Assembly (NCBI GenBank): GCA_028292435.1
Contig: JAQGMI010000106.1
Location: 23,974 to 87,973, forward strand
Direction: 5' to 3'
DNA from: Betaproteobacteria bacterium
Lineage (GTDB): Bacteria; Pseudomonadota; Gammaproteobacteria; Burkholderiales; SG8-41
Length of the DNA: 64,000 nucleotides
A program made the position numbers and the translations under genes. The notes beneath the pieces were generated by a model that saw only the letters and a list, made by a program, of their open reading frames with translations, searched no databases and had not been told where the DNA came from. Numbering within the stretch: position 1 is the stretch's first letter; each line of letters begins with the position of its first letter. Shown in pieces: positions 38,470 through 47,432 of the stretch.

Positions 38470-38544
38470 GTCTAACTTTAGTCGGATCGGACGCGTGTCC
38501 AGCGGCACTACCGCTAATACGCGTCGCTCAACATGACGTTAGGC
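38470..38544 (+). other. attC site 1 (75 bp)
   Basis: R'' GTCTAAC ... GACGCGT/ACGCGTC and AGCGG/CCGCT stems ... R' GTTAGGC; R'' is the exact complement of GTTAGAC at 37788. Confidence 0.82.
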
Positions 38545-38673
38545 ATGATTGAAACGAATTCGGTGTTATGAATGCGTCAGGCTCGCCGTGCGAATACGTA
38601 GCATGTTCAAAATTGCACTGACAACGGGGCGCAGTTTACACCACCAGTTATCCATTCAACTCGGAGACGCAGA

Positions 38674-38877
38674 ATGATCGACTTTCTAAAGGAAAACTGG
38701 GAAATCGTATTTAGCGGATTGGGAACAGCCGTGATTGCCGCGCTCCTGGCTTATTTCTCGCGGCAGCGCAAAGGAGCAGACGCTAAGTCATTGCATCAAG
38801 ATGCTAAGGCAGGCAAGGGATCGCAGATCGTTCAGGTCGGCGGAGATGCAAACGTCGGAAATTTTAGACAAGACTAG
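38674..38877 (+). CDS. Cassette 2, gene A: 67-aa single-TM protein with C-terminal RHIM-like motif
   Basis: RBS GGAG; WEIVFSGLGTAVIAALLAYF TM segment; QDAKAGKGSQIVQVGGDANV tail. Confidence 0.75.
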   Translation: MIDFLKENWEIVFSGLGTAVIAALLAYFSRQRKGADAKSLHQDAKAGKGSQIVQVGGDANVGNFRQD

Positions 38878-38897
38878 AAGAAAAAAGGAGGCAAGAG

Positions 38898-39560
38898 ATG
38901 TCTCAGGCAGCAAAGGCGGGTAATAACTGCACCATAATTCAAGCAGGACGGGATGCAATTCTTGCAATCGCAAAGTCACCGCCGCTGATTCGCCTTGTAC
39001 GACTGGAGATTATCGATGATGAGAAGCATGGTGGTTTAAGGCAGAGACTTAACATTATTCTCAAGAACAACGGAGATGTTACGGCATTTCTTCTTAAAGG
39101 ATCCTTAATATCAACCGGCAACGAAACTATAAGACTATGCAGCCAGATAGGCATGCAGTTCAGTTTGAGTCAAGCGGATTGGACCTATGACGTCAATATT
39201 GATGCAGATGCTCCTTCCTTTGTCGGGCGACATTCGATTGCCCCGAATGAAGTGGTGAACTTTAATGTCATGGTTGGACGAAAGTCGGGAGGACATGAAT
39301 CAACGGTTTATCGATGTTTCCTTCGTTTCGATTTCGATGAAGGCAATGAGCTTCAGACAGATTCTTTTCATTTAGTCATCTCAGGGCCTGTTGTATGGCG
39401 GGGTGGCTTCCAAGCCCGAGGGCCGTCACCAGAACAATGGGGAAGCTGTCAGGCAGACAACATTCGCAGGTTGGATAGTATAGGCTACGACTATCGAACA
39501 CAGATCCAGACTGACTCGCGCCAGTATGTTGAGGCGGTAGCACCCGGCATCTTCGAGTGA
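38898..39560 (+). CDS. Cassette 2, gene B: 220-aa hypothetical protein with matching N-terminal motif
   Basis: RBS AAGGAGG; MSQAAKAGNNCTIIQAGRDAIL N-terminus, then a beta-rich domain (LNIILKNNGD). Confidence 0.8.
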   Translation: MSQAAKAGNNCTIIQAGRDAILAIAKSPPLIRLVRLEIIDDEKHGGLRQRLNIILKNNGDVTAFLLKGSLISTGNETIRLCSQIGMQFSLSQADWTYDVNIDADAPSFVGRHSIAPNEVVNFNVMVGRKSGGHESTVYRCFLRFDFDEGNELQTDSFHLVISGPVVWRGGFQARGPSPEQWGSCQADNIRRLDSIGYDYRTQIQTDSRQYVEAVAPGIFE

Positions 39561-39587
39561 GCATAATCGTTTACGTCGCCGAGTCAT

Positions 39588-39670
39588 ATCTAACAAACGC
39601 TGTGAGGGGGGACGCTCTGACACTAGGCTTCCCCTTGCTATCTCCGCGCCCCTCAAGCTTCACGGTAGAG
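39588..39670 (+). other. attC site 2 (83 bp, degenerate R')
   Basis: R'' ATCTAAC; TGAGGGG(GGA)CGC pairs with GCGCCCCTCA; R' reads GGTAGAG instead of GTTRRRY. Confidence 0.7.
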
Positions 39671-39827
39671 CGATTCGGCACATGTATCGTCCCAAACTTG
39701 AAGTTGCGTCGTGGATATGGCCAATCCCGTATAAACGCCCATTGATGCGGCGCCCAATCATTGATCCGATGGTGTGTCGATTCGTCGAAGGTCTAATAAC
39801 AATTCTCTTAGCCGAAAAGGAATCGTC

Positions 39828-40589
39828 GTGTATCTCACTTTCGTTCGATCGATCACTTGCCTCTTATTCGGCGCAACTGCGCTCTCAACTGCCGTGATCG
39901 CCGCCGAAATCAAAGTGTCTTCCACGCCGGCGGCGACCGCTGCTCTACGTGCGGCGGTGCCTGAATTTGAGCGTGCCACCGGACATAAGGTGTTAATTGA
40001 TTTTTTGAACATCGCGGGAACTCGCAGCCGCATCATGGCTGGCGAGCCGTTCGACATTGCGATTGTGAGTCCGAAGGCGGTCGCTGAACTGCAGCAGCAA
40101 GGCAAGCTTGCGCCTGATGTGTCGCTCAACATGGGACGCACCGGGCTTGCGCTGGTCGGACATAAAGGACTGCCAAAGCCCGATATCAGCTCGGTCGAGT
40201 CGTTCAAGCGCACGCTGCTCAATGCGAAGCTGGTCGCTTACTCAGCCACAGGCGAAAGCGGCATCGGCTTTCTCAAGGTGCTCGAGAAAATGGGCATTGC
40301 GGCCGAGATGAAACCGCGCATACGCTCGAGCAGCAACATGGCGTCGGTCGTGGAATCCGGCGAGGCCGAACTGGGCAACACCGGCATTGGGGCGGGACTG
40401 ACTTACACGCAGCTGGAGTTCATCGGGCCGCTGCCGGCGGAGGTGCAGGAGTACGTGTACATCGCAGCGGGAGTGACTTCGAATGCGAAATCGGCTGAGG
40501 CGGCACGCGCGCTGCTGCGATATCTCGCCGATCCGGCGGTCGTCCGGGTCATGAGCGCGAAGGGCCTCGAGCCGCCGGCGGCGAAATAG
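39828..40589 (+). CDS. ModA-like periplasmic substrate-binding protein (orphan)
   Basis: RBS AAGGA plus GTG; signal peptide; FERATGHKV, GEPFDIAI, KPDISS, GPLPAEVQ. Confidence 0.8.
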   Translation: MYLTFVRSITCLLFGATALSTAVIAAEIKVSSTPAATAALRAAVPEFERATGHKVLIDFLNIAGTRSRIMAGEPFDIAIVSPKAVAELQQQGKLAPDVSLNMGRTGLALVGHKGLPKPDISSVESFKRTLLNAKLVAYSATGESGIGFLKVLEKMGIAAEMKPRIRSSSNMASVVESGEAELGNTGIGAGLTYTQLEFIGPLPAEVQEYVYIAAGVTSNAKSAEAARALLRYLADPAVVRVMSAKGLEPPAAK

Positions 40590-40602
40590 ATTCCTTCGCT
40601 GA

Positions 40603-41196
40603 ATGCTCGAAATGAACGCTTCGCCGAAATTCGATTTCGCCTTGTTCCGCTTGATGCTGGCGCTCGGCTTGTTTTGCGCGATCGTCGGCGGCTCGATGCT
40701 ATGGTTCACCGGAGCGTTGGCCGGCTGGAGCAACCCTCAGCGGGAATGGGTGGCCATCGAAGGTCATCTTCTCGAAGCCGGAATCCGTCTCGCCCCGGCA
40801 ACGCCTGACAAATTCGAAATGATCGCGCGCTATGAATACAAACTGGATGGGCGCATCTATCACGGCAGCAAAATTGCCGGCGTTCACGCGAGCAAGTCGG
40901 CGGCGGATGTGCGGGCGCTGATCGTGCCGCTTGCGCCCGAAGCGGCGGAATTCAGTTTGCAGGATCTAAGTGAACTCAATCCGCAGCGCAGCTGGAGCGT
41001 TGCTTACCGTCCAGTGACGGTGCATTACAGCCCGGAGGATCCGGCGCACGCCGAACTTGTGCTGGAGCGGACGGCTGCGGGCGCGTCAATCCTCGATTGG
41101 GCGGTACGCATATTCGGGGCAATGTTCTTGTTCACGGCGGCGGCGTTGTTCATCGGCTCAGTGCCTGTTTCGCGGCGAGCCGCAGCGCCGCTGTAA
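40603..41196 (+). CDS. DUF3592-like membrane protein
   Basis: Two terminal TM helices, YEYKLDG and VTVHYSPEDP motifs. Confidence 0.7.
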   Translation: MLEMNASPKFDFALFRLMLALGLFCAIVGGSMLWFTGALAGWSNPQREWVAIEGHLLEAGIRLAPATPDKFEMIARYEYKLDGRIYHGSKIAGVHASKSAADVRALIVPLAPEAAEFSLQDLSELNPQRSWSVAYRPVTVHYSPEDPAHAELVLERTAAGASILDWAVRIFGAMFLFTAAALFIGSVPVSRRAAAPL

Positions 41197-41287
41197 TAAC
41201 GCGCCTGGCTTGTCCGGTCTCGAACGGTAACAAGGAGAAAACAGGCGGATAATTGGCATTCTGCTTGGTTGGAATAATTAAATCGCA

Positions 41288-41929
41288 ATGTATATCCCGA
41301 AGCACTTCGAAGAGCCGGATCTCGGCGTTTTACACGCACTGATCAAAGAGCACCCGTTCGGCGCGTGGGTGACGACCGTCGATGGCGCGCTCGAAGCCAA
41401 CCACATTCCGTTCCTGATTGATCCGGCGAAAGGGAAGTTTGGTACGCTGGTCGGACATGTCGCGCGCGGCAATCCAATCTGGAAGTCGTTTTCGACGACG
41501 GCGGAAAGCCTGGTGATTTTTCAAGGGCCGCAGTGCTACATCACGCCTTCGTGGTACCAGACCAAGCAGGAGACCGGCAAGGTCGTGCCGACGTGGAATT
41601 ACGCGCTCGTTCATGCTTATGGCACGCCGCGCGCCATCGAAGACAAGGACTGGCTGCGTGGGCTTGTCACAGCGCTGACGGACAGTCAGGAATCGAAACG
41701 CGCTGCGCCGTGGGCTGTCACTGACGCGCCGGCCGACTATGTCGACGCCATGCTCAAAGCAATCGTCGGGATTGAAATTCCGCTCGCCAACATCGTCGGC
41801 AAATGGAAAACAAGCCAGAACCGAACGCTGCCTGACAAGCGGGGGACAATCGCCGGACTTACCGGACGCGGCGATGAGAATTCGAATGCGATGGCCGCGC
41901 TCGTGCAGCGGCATTCGACCGACGCCTGA
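41288..41929 (+). CDS. PaiB-family FMN-binding protein
   Basis: MYIPKHF, GHVARGNP, YITPSWY, VPTWNY, KTSQNR. Confidence 0.92.
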   Translation: MYIPKHFEEPDLGVLHALIKEHPFGAWVTTVDGALEANHIPFLIDPAKGKFGTLVGHVARGNPIWKSFSTTAESLVIFQGPQCYITPSWYQTKQETGKVVPTWNYALVHAYGTPRAIEDKDWLRGLVTALTDSQESKRAAPWAVTDAPADYVDAMLKAIVGIEIPLANIVGKWKTSQNRTLPDKRGTIAGLTGRGDENSNAMAALVQRHSTDA

Positions 41930-41943
41930 CCGCGCCGGATCGA

Positions 41944-43305
41944 TCAATCGCCGCTAAGCGCTTTCATTACCCAGCTTGCCGTTGCGCAAAGGTTGCCGTC
42001 CTGGTGATCGAGACCGAGCAACTGCAATCCGAACGGCAAGCCATCTGCGTGCATGACGGGTAAGGAGAATGCCGGAAAGCCGAGCCAGGAGCCGGGCACG
42101 ATGAACGTGCGGCTGCCGCTGAATTCGAAGCCAGTGATGGCGGGACCCGACGAGGCGAGCGTTACGTAGGCGTCTGCACCGACGGCCGTTGCGAGTTCAC
42201 GGCAGCGCGCGCGGATCGCACGTCGCTTTTCAAGCACTGCGAGGTAATCGGCGGGTGACATCTTGCGCGCGCGATCGATGAGACCGTGGATGCGCTTGCC
42301 GATCTTGTCGCCATAACGCGCGAGGTAGTCCTGGAACGGCCATTTCATTTCATAGGCGACGATATCGAGCGCCGTATCGACATCGCGCTCGATTGCGGCT
42401 TCGAACTCGGCGACGCGCGGATCGTTGTCTTTGCTCACGATTTCGACCCCGGCTTTGGACAACGCTGCAATCGCGTCTTCAAACGTTTCACTGGTATTGG
42501 TATCGATCTCGGTCCAGCCGCGCGTATACAGGCGGATCAATTTCTGCGGCTGTACCGCCAGTGGCAGATTTTCACCGGCGCCGTTCATGAAACCGTAGCC
42601 CGGGCTCCCGATGCCGAGCGAAATCTGCGACGCGACACGCCACACATCTTCGAGTGTTGCCCCGATGACGCCCAAATGATCTTTGGTTGCGGAGAGCGGA
42701 TGCACACCCGCGAGGTTCAGTGCGCCGATCGTCGGCTTGAATCCGACTGCGCCGCAGTACGAAGCAGGGCGCAGCGTCGAGCCCTGCGTCTGCGTGCCGA
42801 GCCCGACCGGCATCATGCCGGCGCCGACGGCTGCCGCCGTGCCGCTCGATGAGCCGCCGGGCGTGCGCGCGGCGTCGAACGGGTTGGTCGTCGGCCCGGA
42901 AAATCCGATGGCGAATTCGGTCGTGACGGTTTTGCCGAAAATTACGGCGCCGCCTTCGCGCAGCGCCTGTACGCACGCCGCGTCCTGTCCCGACTGCCAG
43001 CCTTTGAACGCCGGCGAGTTCATCTGCGTTGGCATATCTTTGGTCGCGATGATGTCCTTGATGCCGACCGGACACCCGTCCACCATCGACAGCGGCTTGC
43101 CTGCTTTGTAGCGTTTGGTCGATTCGTCCGCTGCCTTGCGCGCGGCTTTGCGATCGAGCGTGACGAACGCCTTCACGCGCGCCTCGTACTGGTTGACGTT
43201 GGCGATGCATTGCTCGAGGAAATCACGCGGGGTTTGCCGGCCCGTCTTGAAATCAGCGACTGCGTCGGCGAACGAGACGATATAGGGATTGCGCCATGCT
43301 TTCAT
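41944..43305 (-). CDS. Amidase signature family protein
   Basis: GIKDII, GKTVTTEFA, TPGGSSSG, GTQTQGS. Confidence 0.92.
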   Translation of the reverse strand: MKAWRNPYIVSFADAVADFKTGRQTPRDFLEQCIANVNQYEARVKAFVTLDRKAARKAADESTKRYKAGKPLSMVDGCPVGIKDIIATKDMPTQMNSPAFKGWQSGQDAACVQALREGGAVIFGKTVTTEFAIGFSGPTTNPFDAARTPGGSSSGTAAAVGAGMMPVGLGTQTQGSTLRPASYCGAVGFKPTIGALNLAGVHPLSATKDHLGVIGATLEDVWRVASQISLGIGSPGYGFMNGAGENLPLAVQPQKLIRLYTRGWTEIDTNTSETFEDAIAALSKAGVEIVSKDNDPRVAEFEAAIERDVDTALDIVAYEMKWPFQDYLARYGDKIGKRIHGLIDRARKMSPADYLAVLEKRRAIRARCRELATAVGADAYVTLASSGPAITGFEFSGSRTFIVPGSWLGFPAFSLPVMHADGLPFGLQLLGLDHQDGNLCATASWVMKALSGD

Positions 43306-43412
43306 TCGTGTAACCTCGATGTCGGAATTGCGCGCCGCACGGTGTGGAAGGGGGGCGAATGCCGGTTGTTATAATCAGAAGAATTCGCGATTTTACGTTA
43401 AAGGGTCCACGC

Positions 43413-44375
43413 ATGAAACTCGGCACGCTGATGGTTGTGGCCGCACTGACCGGTGCGAGCGCAGTATCGCTCGCGCAGGAATTTCCAGCGCGGCCGATTC
43501 GCCTGATCCTCGGTTTTGCGCCGGGCGGCAGTACCGACCTCGTCGCGCGCGTGGTTGCCCAGAAAATGTCCGAGTCGTGGGGACAGCAGGTCATTGTCGA
43601 TAACCGTCCCGGCGCCAACGGCATGATAGGCGCCGATCTCGTTGCGAAAGCAAATCCCGATGGATACAGCGTGCTTTTATCGAGCATCGGACCGATGGCG
43701 ATCAACGCAAGCCTGTACAAGATGCCGTACGACATCGTCGCCGATTTCGCACCCATCACGTACACCGGCAATGTGACGAACCTGCTCGTCGTGCATCCGA
43801 GCGTCGCCGCAACCAATGTAAAAGAACTGATCGCGCTGGCGAAAGCGCAGCCGGGCAAGCTGACGTTCGGCTCGAGCGGCACCGGCGGCGCGCCGCATAT
43901 GGCAGTCGAGCTCTTCAAAATACTCGCGAAGGTCAACGTCGTGCACGTTCCCTATAAAGGCGGCGGACCGGCGATGGCTGATCTTGTCGGCGGCCAAATC
44001 AGCGGCAGTTTTGCCAGCATGCCCTCGGCAATTCCTTTCGTGCGCGGCGGCAAGCTGCGCGCACTTGCGGTGACTGCACCAAAACGTTCATCTGCCGAAC
44101 CGCAGGTGCCGACGATTTCCGAAGCGGGCATTCCCGGGTTTTCGGTCCTCGACTGGCAGGGCCTGTTCACGACGGCCAAAACACCGCCTGCCGTCGTCGA
44201 TAAACTGAACAAGGAAGTTGTGCGAATACTCGCGTTGCCCGACGTCATCGACAAGCTTGCCGTTGCCGGGGTCGAAATTCAAACCAGCACGCCGAAAGAG
44301 TGGGGCGACTTCGTCAAATCGGAGATCGCCAAGTGGGCGAAGGTCGTCAAGGATGCCGGCCTGAAAGTGGAATAG
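43413..44375 (+). CDS. Bug/TctC substrate-binding protein
   Basis: FPARPIRLILGFAPGG, DNRPGANG, HVPYKGGG. Confidence 0.93.
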   Translation: MKLGTLMVVAALTGASAVSLAQEFPARPIRLILGFAPGGSTDLVARVVAQKMSESWGQQVIVDNRPGANGMIGADLVAKANPDGYSVLLSSIGPMAINASLYKMPYDIVADFAPITYTGNVTNLLVVHPSVAATNVKELIALAKAQPGKLTFGSSGTGGAPHMAVELFKILAKVNVVHVPYKGGGPAMADLVGGQISGSFASMPSAIPFVRGGKLRALAVTAPKRSSAEPQVPTISEAGIPGFSVLDWQGLFTTAKTPPAVVDKLNKEVVRILALPDVIDKLAVAGVEIQTSTPKEWGDFVKSEIAKWAKVVKDAGLKVE

Positions 44376-44420
44376 CAGAATAAAAAGTTCGACCGGGCAA
44401 ACAAACGTACGAGGAACAGA

Positions 44421-45404
44421 ATGCAAAAAAAGAACAATGCGGTGGATATCGCCATCGCCACGATCATCATGACAGCCGCCGGTGCAGTCGCCGCCGCGCC
44501 AGCCAATTATCCCAACAAGCCGGTTCGATTTATCGCGGCGAATTCGGCCGGCGGCGGTCTCGACATCGTGGCGCGCGCGATTTCACCGAAGCTTGCGGCG
44601 GTGTTTGGCTATCAAGTCGTGGTCGACAACCGCGCGGGCGCGGCTGGTAGTCTCGCTTCGGAAATCACGGCGCACGCGCCGCCTGACGGTCACACCATCA
44701 TGGTCGGGTCGCTTGGCGGGCTCGCCGTGAACACCAATCTATACAAGGGCCTTAATTATCATCCGCTCAAAGATCTAGCGCCGATCGGCTGGGCAACATC
44801 GCAAAGCAATGTACTGGTGCTCAATCCATCGGTGCCGGCAAAAACCGTGCAGGAGCTCATTGCGCTCGCGCGTTCGCAGCCCGGCAAGTTGACGTACGGT
44901 TCGTCGGGTGCCGGAAACGCAGGTCACCTCGCCGCCGAGCTCTTTAAATCGATGACAAAAACCGACATGGTGCACGTGCCGTACAAAGGCGGTGCGCCGG
45001 CGATGATCGATTTGATTGCCGGCCAAGTGCAGCTTGTATTTTCGTCAGCGCCTACAGCAGTGCCGCAGGTCAAGTCCGGCAAGGTGCGCGCAATTGCTGT
45101 AACAACGCTCAAGCGCTCGACGGTTTTGCCGGAACTGCCGACGCTGGCGGAATCGGGCCTGCCGGGCTATGAAGCGGACAATTGGTACGGATGCGTGACG
45201 ACGGCCGGCACGCCGCGCGCCATCATCGATTATCTTAACGTCGAAATTAACCGGGCGTTGCTGACACCCGAGGTAAAGCAGATTCTGTTCAATTCGGGGC
45301 TTGAAGTTCGCACCAGTACCCCGGCGGAATTTGGCGCCTATCAGAAATCCGAATTCGACAAATGGGCGAAGGTCATCAAGGACGCCGGCATTTCCGCGAA
45401 CTGA
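44421..45404 (+). CDS. Bug/TctC substrate-binding protein
   Basis: YPNKPVRFI, DNRAGA, HVPYKGG. Confidence 0.93.
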   Translation: MQKKNNAVDIAIATIIMTAAGAVAAAPANYPNKPVRFIAANSAGGGLDIVARAISPKLAAVFGYQVVVDNRAGAAGSLASEITAHAPPDGHTIMVGSLGGLAVNTNLYKGLNYHPLKDLAPIGWATSQSNVLVLNPSVPAKTVQELIALARSQPGKLTYGSSGAGNAGHLAAELFKSMTKTDMVHVPYKGGAPAMIDLIAGQVQLVFSSAPTAVPQVKSGKVRAIAVTTLKRSTVLPELPTLAESGLPGYEADNWYGCVTTAGTPRAIIDYLNVEINRALLTPEVKQILFNSGLEVRTSTPAEFGAYQKSEFDKWAKVIKDAGISAN

Positions 45405-46372
45405 TGCCGAAACGAGCAGCCGCCTGTTTCGCCACCGCGGCCCTGTTTGCGTTGCCGGTCGGCCCTGCGCTTGCAGCGTATCCGGACAAGCCGGTGCGCA
45501 TGGTGGTGCCGTTTCCGCCGGGCGGCGGCACGGACGTCGTCGCGCGCGCGATTGCGCTGAAGCTCACGGAACAATGGGGCCAGGCTGTCGTCGTCGACAA
45601 CCGGCCGGGCGCGGCCTCGATGATCGGCACGGAAACCCTCGCGCGCGCGGTGCCCGACGGTTACACGCTCGGTTTCGTATCGATGACGCACACGATCAAT
45701 CCGAGCATCTACCGCAAGCTGCCCTATGATCCCATCGCCGATTTCGCGCCGATCGTCCTGACCGCGACCGCGCCCAATGTACTCGTCGTGCACCCGCAGG
45801 TCGGCGCCAAAACCATTGCCGAACTCGTGCAAATTGCGAAAGCGCGGCCCGGCAAGCTCAATTTTCCTTCGTCCGGCAACGGCGGCGTTTCGCATCTGTC
45901 GATGGAAATGTTTCGCTACGCGGCAGGTATCGACGTCATCCACGTGCCGTATCGCGGCGCCGGTCCCGCCTTGACGGCGCTGCTCGCCGGCGAGATGCAA
46001 CTCATGATGGCGACCACGCCGGTTGCGCTGCCGCAGATGAAAGCAGGCCGCCTGCTTACGCTGGCGACGACGGGTCTCAAGCGCTCGCCGCTCGCGCCGG
46101 AACTGCCGACCGTCGCGGAATCGGGATATCCGGGCTTCGAGGCCGATACGTGGTACGGCATGCTCGGACCGGCGAAGCTTCCGCCTGCGCTGGTGACGCA
46201 AGTCAATCTCGCCACGATGAAAATGTTGACGCAGGCCGATTTCAAAGAGCGACTGGGGCACGAGGGCGCACAGCCGGCCGGCGGCACGGCGGACCAGTTC
46301 GCCGTCTACATCAAGTCGGAACTCCAGAAATGGGCGAAAATCGTGCGCACGGCGAACGTGCGCGTCGAATAA
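45404..46372 (+). CDS. Bug/TctC substrate-binding protein
   Basis: TGATG overlap; YPDKPVRMVVPFPPGG, HVPYRG. Confidence 0.93.
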   Translation: MPKRAAACFATAALFALPVGPALAAYPDKPVRMVVPFPPGGGTDVVARAIALKLTEQWGQAVVVDNRPGAASMIGTETLARAVPDGYTLGFVSMTHTINPSIYRKLPYDPIADFAPIVLTATAPNVLVVHPQVGAKTIAELVQIAKARPGKLNFPSSGNGGVSHLSMEMFRYAAGIDVIHVPYRGAGPALTALLAGEMQLMMATTPVALPQMKAGRLLTLATTGLKRSPLAPELPTVAESGYPGFEADTWYGMLGPAKLPPALVTQVNLATMKMLTQADFKERLGHEGAQPAGGTADQFAVYIKSELQKWAKIVRTANVRVE

Positions 46373-46374
46373 GC

Positions 46375-47382
46375 ATGGGGACCGGCAAACCACGCGTTTA
46401 CGTGATAGGCACCGGCGGCAGCATTTCGTGCGCCGGCGAGTCGCGGCTCGATCTGCTGAATTACAATTATGCCGACCTGCACCTGACGATCGACGAGATG
46501 CTCGCGCGCATTCCGGAAGCGAACGACGTCGCCGACATTCGCGCAGAACAATTTTCGAATATCTACGGCGGCGATCTGGCGCCGGCGCAATGGCTCGAAC
46601 TCGCGCGCCGCATCGAGCAGATCTACCGGGATGATGCTGCGGCTACCGGCGTGGTCGTCACGCACGGCACGGCAACGCTGGAGGAGACGGCGTTTTTTCT
46701 GAATCTCGCGGTAAGGTCGGCGAAACCGGTGGTCGTTACCGGTGCGATGCGTCCGTCGACCGGGCTGGGCACAGATGCAGACATCAATCTCTACGATGCG
46801 ATTCGAGTTGCGGCAAGTCCTGGCGCCGCCGGCAAAGGCGTGCTCGTCGTGCTCAACAATGAAATTCAGGCGGCGCGCGACGTGACGAAGACGAACACTT
46901 CACGCATCGAAACGTTCAAGTCGGGCGAGCTCGGATTTCTCGGCTATGCGGATGCCGACGGCAAAGTCGTGTTTTTGCGCGCGCCGGCGCGCGCGCATAC
47001 TGCCGCGAGCGAGTTCGATATCGCTGCGATAGCGGCACTGCCGCGCGTCGATATCGCGATTGCATTCGCGGGCGCCGATGGTGTTGCGATCAAGGCGCTG
47101 GTCGCTGCCGGCTGCAACGGTATCGTGAGCGCCGGGCTTGGCAGCGGCAGCGCGCCGCGCGCATTTCTGGATGCCCTCGTCGAAGCGAAACAACGCGGCG
47201 TATGTGTCGTGATGGCGAGCCAGGTCGGCAGCGGCCGGGTGATGGCCAAGCGTGCATTTACGGAGAAAGGTTTCATTGCGGCCGACAGTCTGGCCCCAAA
47301 GAAGGCGCGCATACTGCTTATGCTGGCGCTTGCCCGGACGCGAGATGCCTCTGAAATTCAGCGGATGTTCCTCGCGTATTAG
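46375..47382 (+). CDS. Asparaginase/glutaminase-family protein with variant active site
   Basis: GTGGSIS, THGTATLEETA, PVVVTGAMRP, KARILL. Confidence 0.85.
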   Translation: MGTGKPRVYVIGTGGSISCAGESRLDLLNYNYADLHLTIDEMLARIPEANDVADIRAEQFSNIYGGDLAPAQWLELARRIEQIYRDDAAATGVVVTHGTATLEETAFFLNLAVRSAKPVVVTGAMRPSTGLGTDADINLYDAIRVAASPGAAGKGVLVVLNNEIQAARDVTKTNTSRIETFKSGELGFLGYADADGKVVFLRAPARAHTAASEFDIAAIAALPRVDIAIAFAGADGVAIKALVAAGCNGIVSAGLGSGSAPRAFLDALVEAKQRGVCVVMASQVGSGRVMAKRAFTEKGFIAADSLAPKKARILLMLALARTRDASEIQRMFLAY

Positions 47383-47432
47383 CGCCGTCATCCCCGTCAC
47401 GCCGGGCATAAAAACGCATTCTCGAACGACCG

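Larger units (their letters stand above)
37788..39670 (+). mobile_element. Integron gene-cassette array without adjacent integrase (CALIN-like)
   Basis: GTTRRRY core, ORF, attC, ORFs, attC; all genes on one strand; visibly lower GC than the flanks. Confidence 0.78.
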
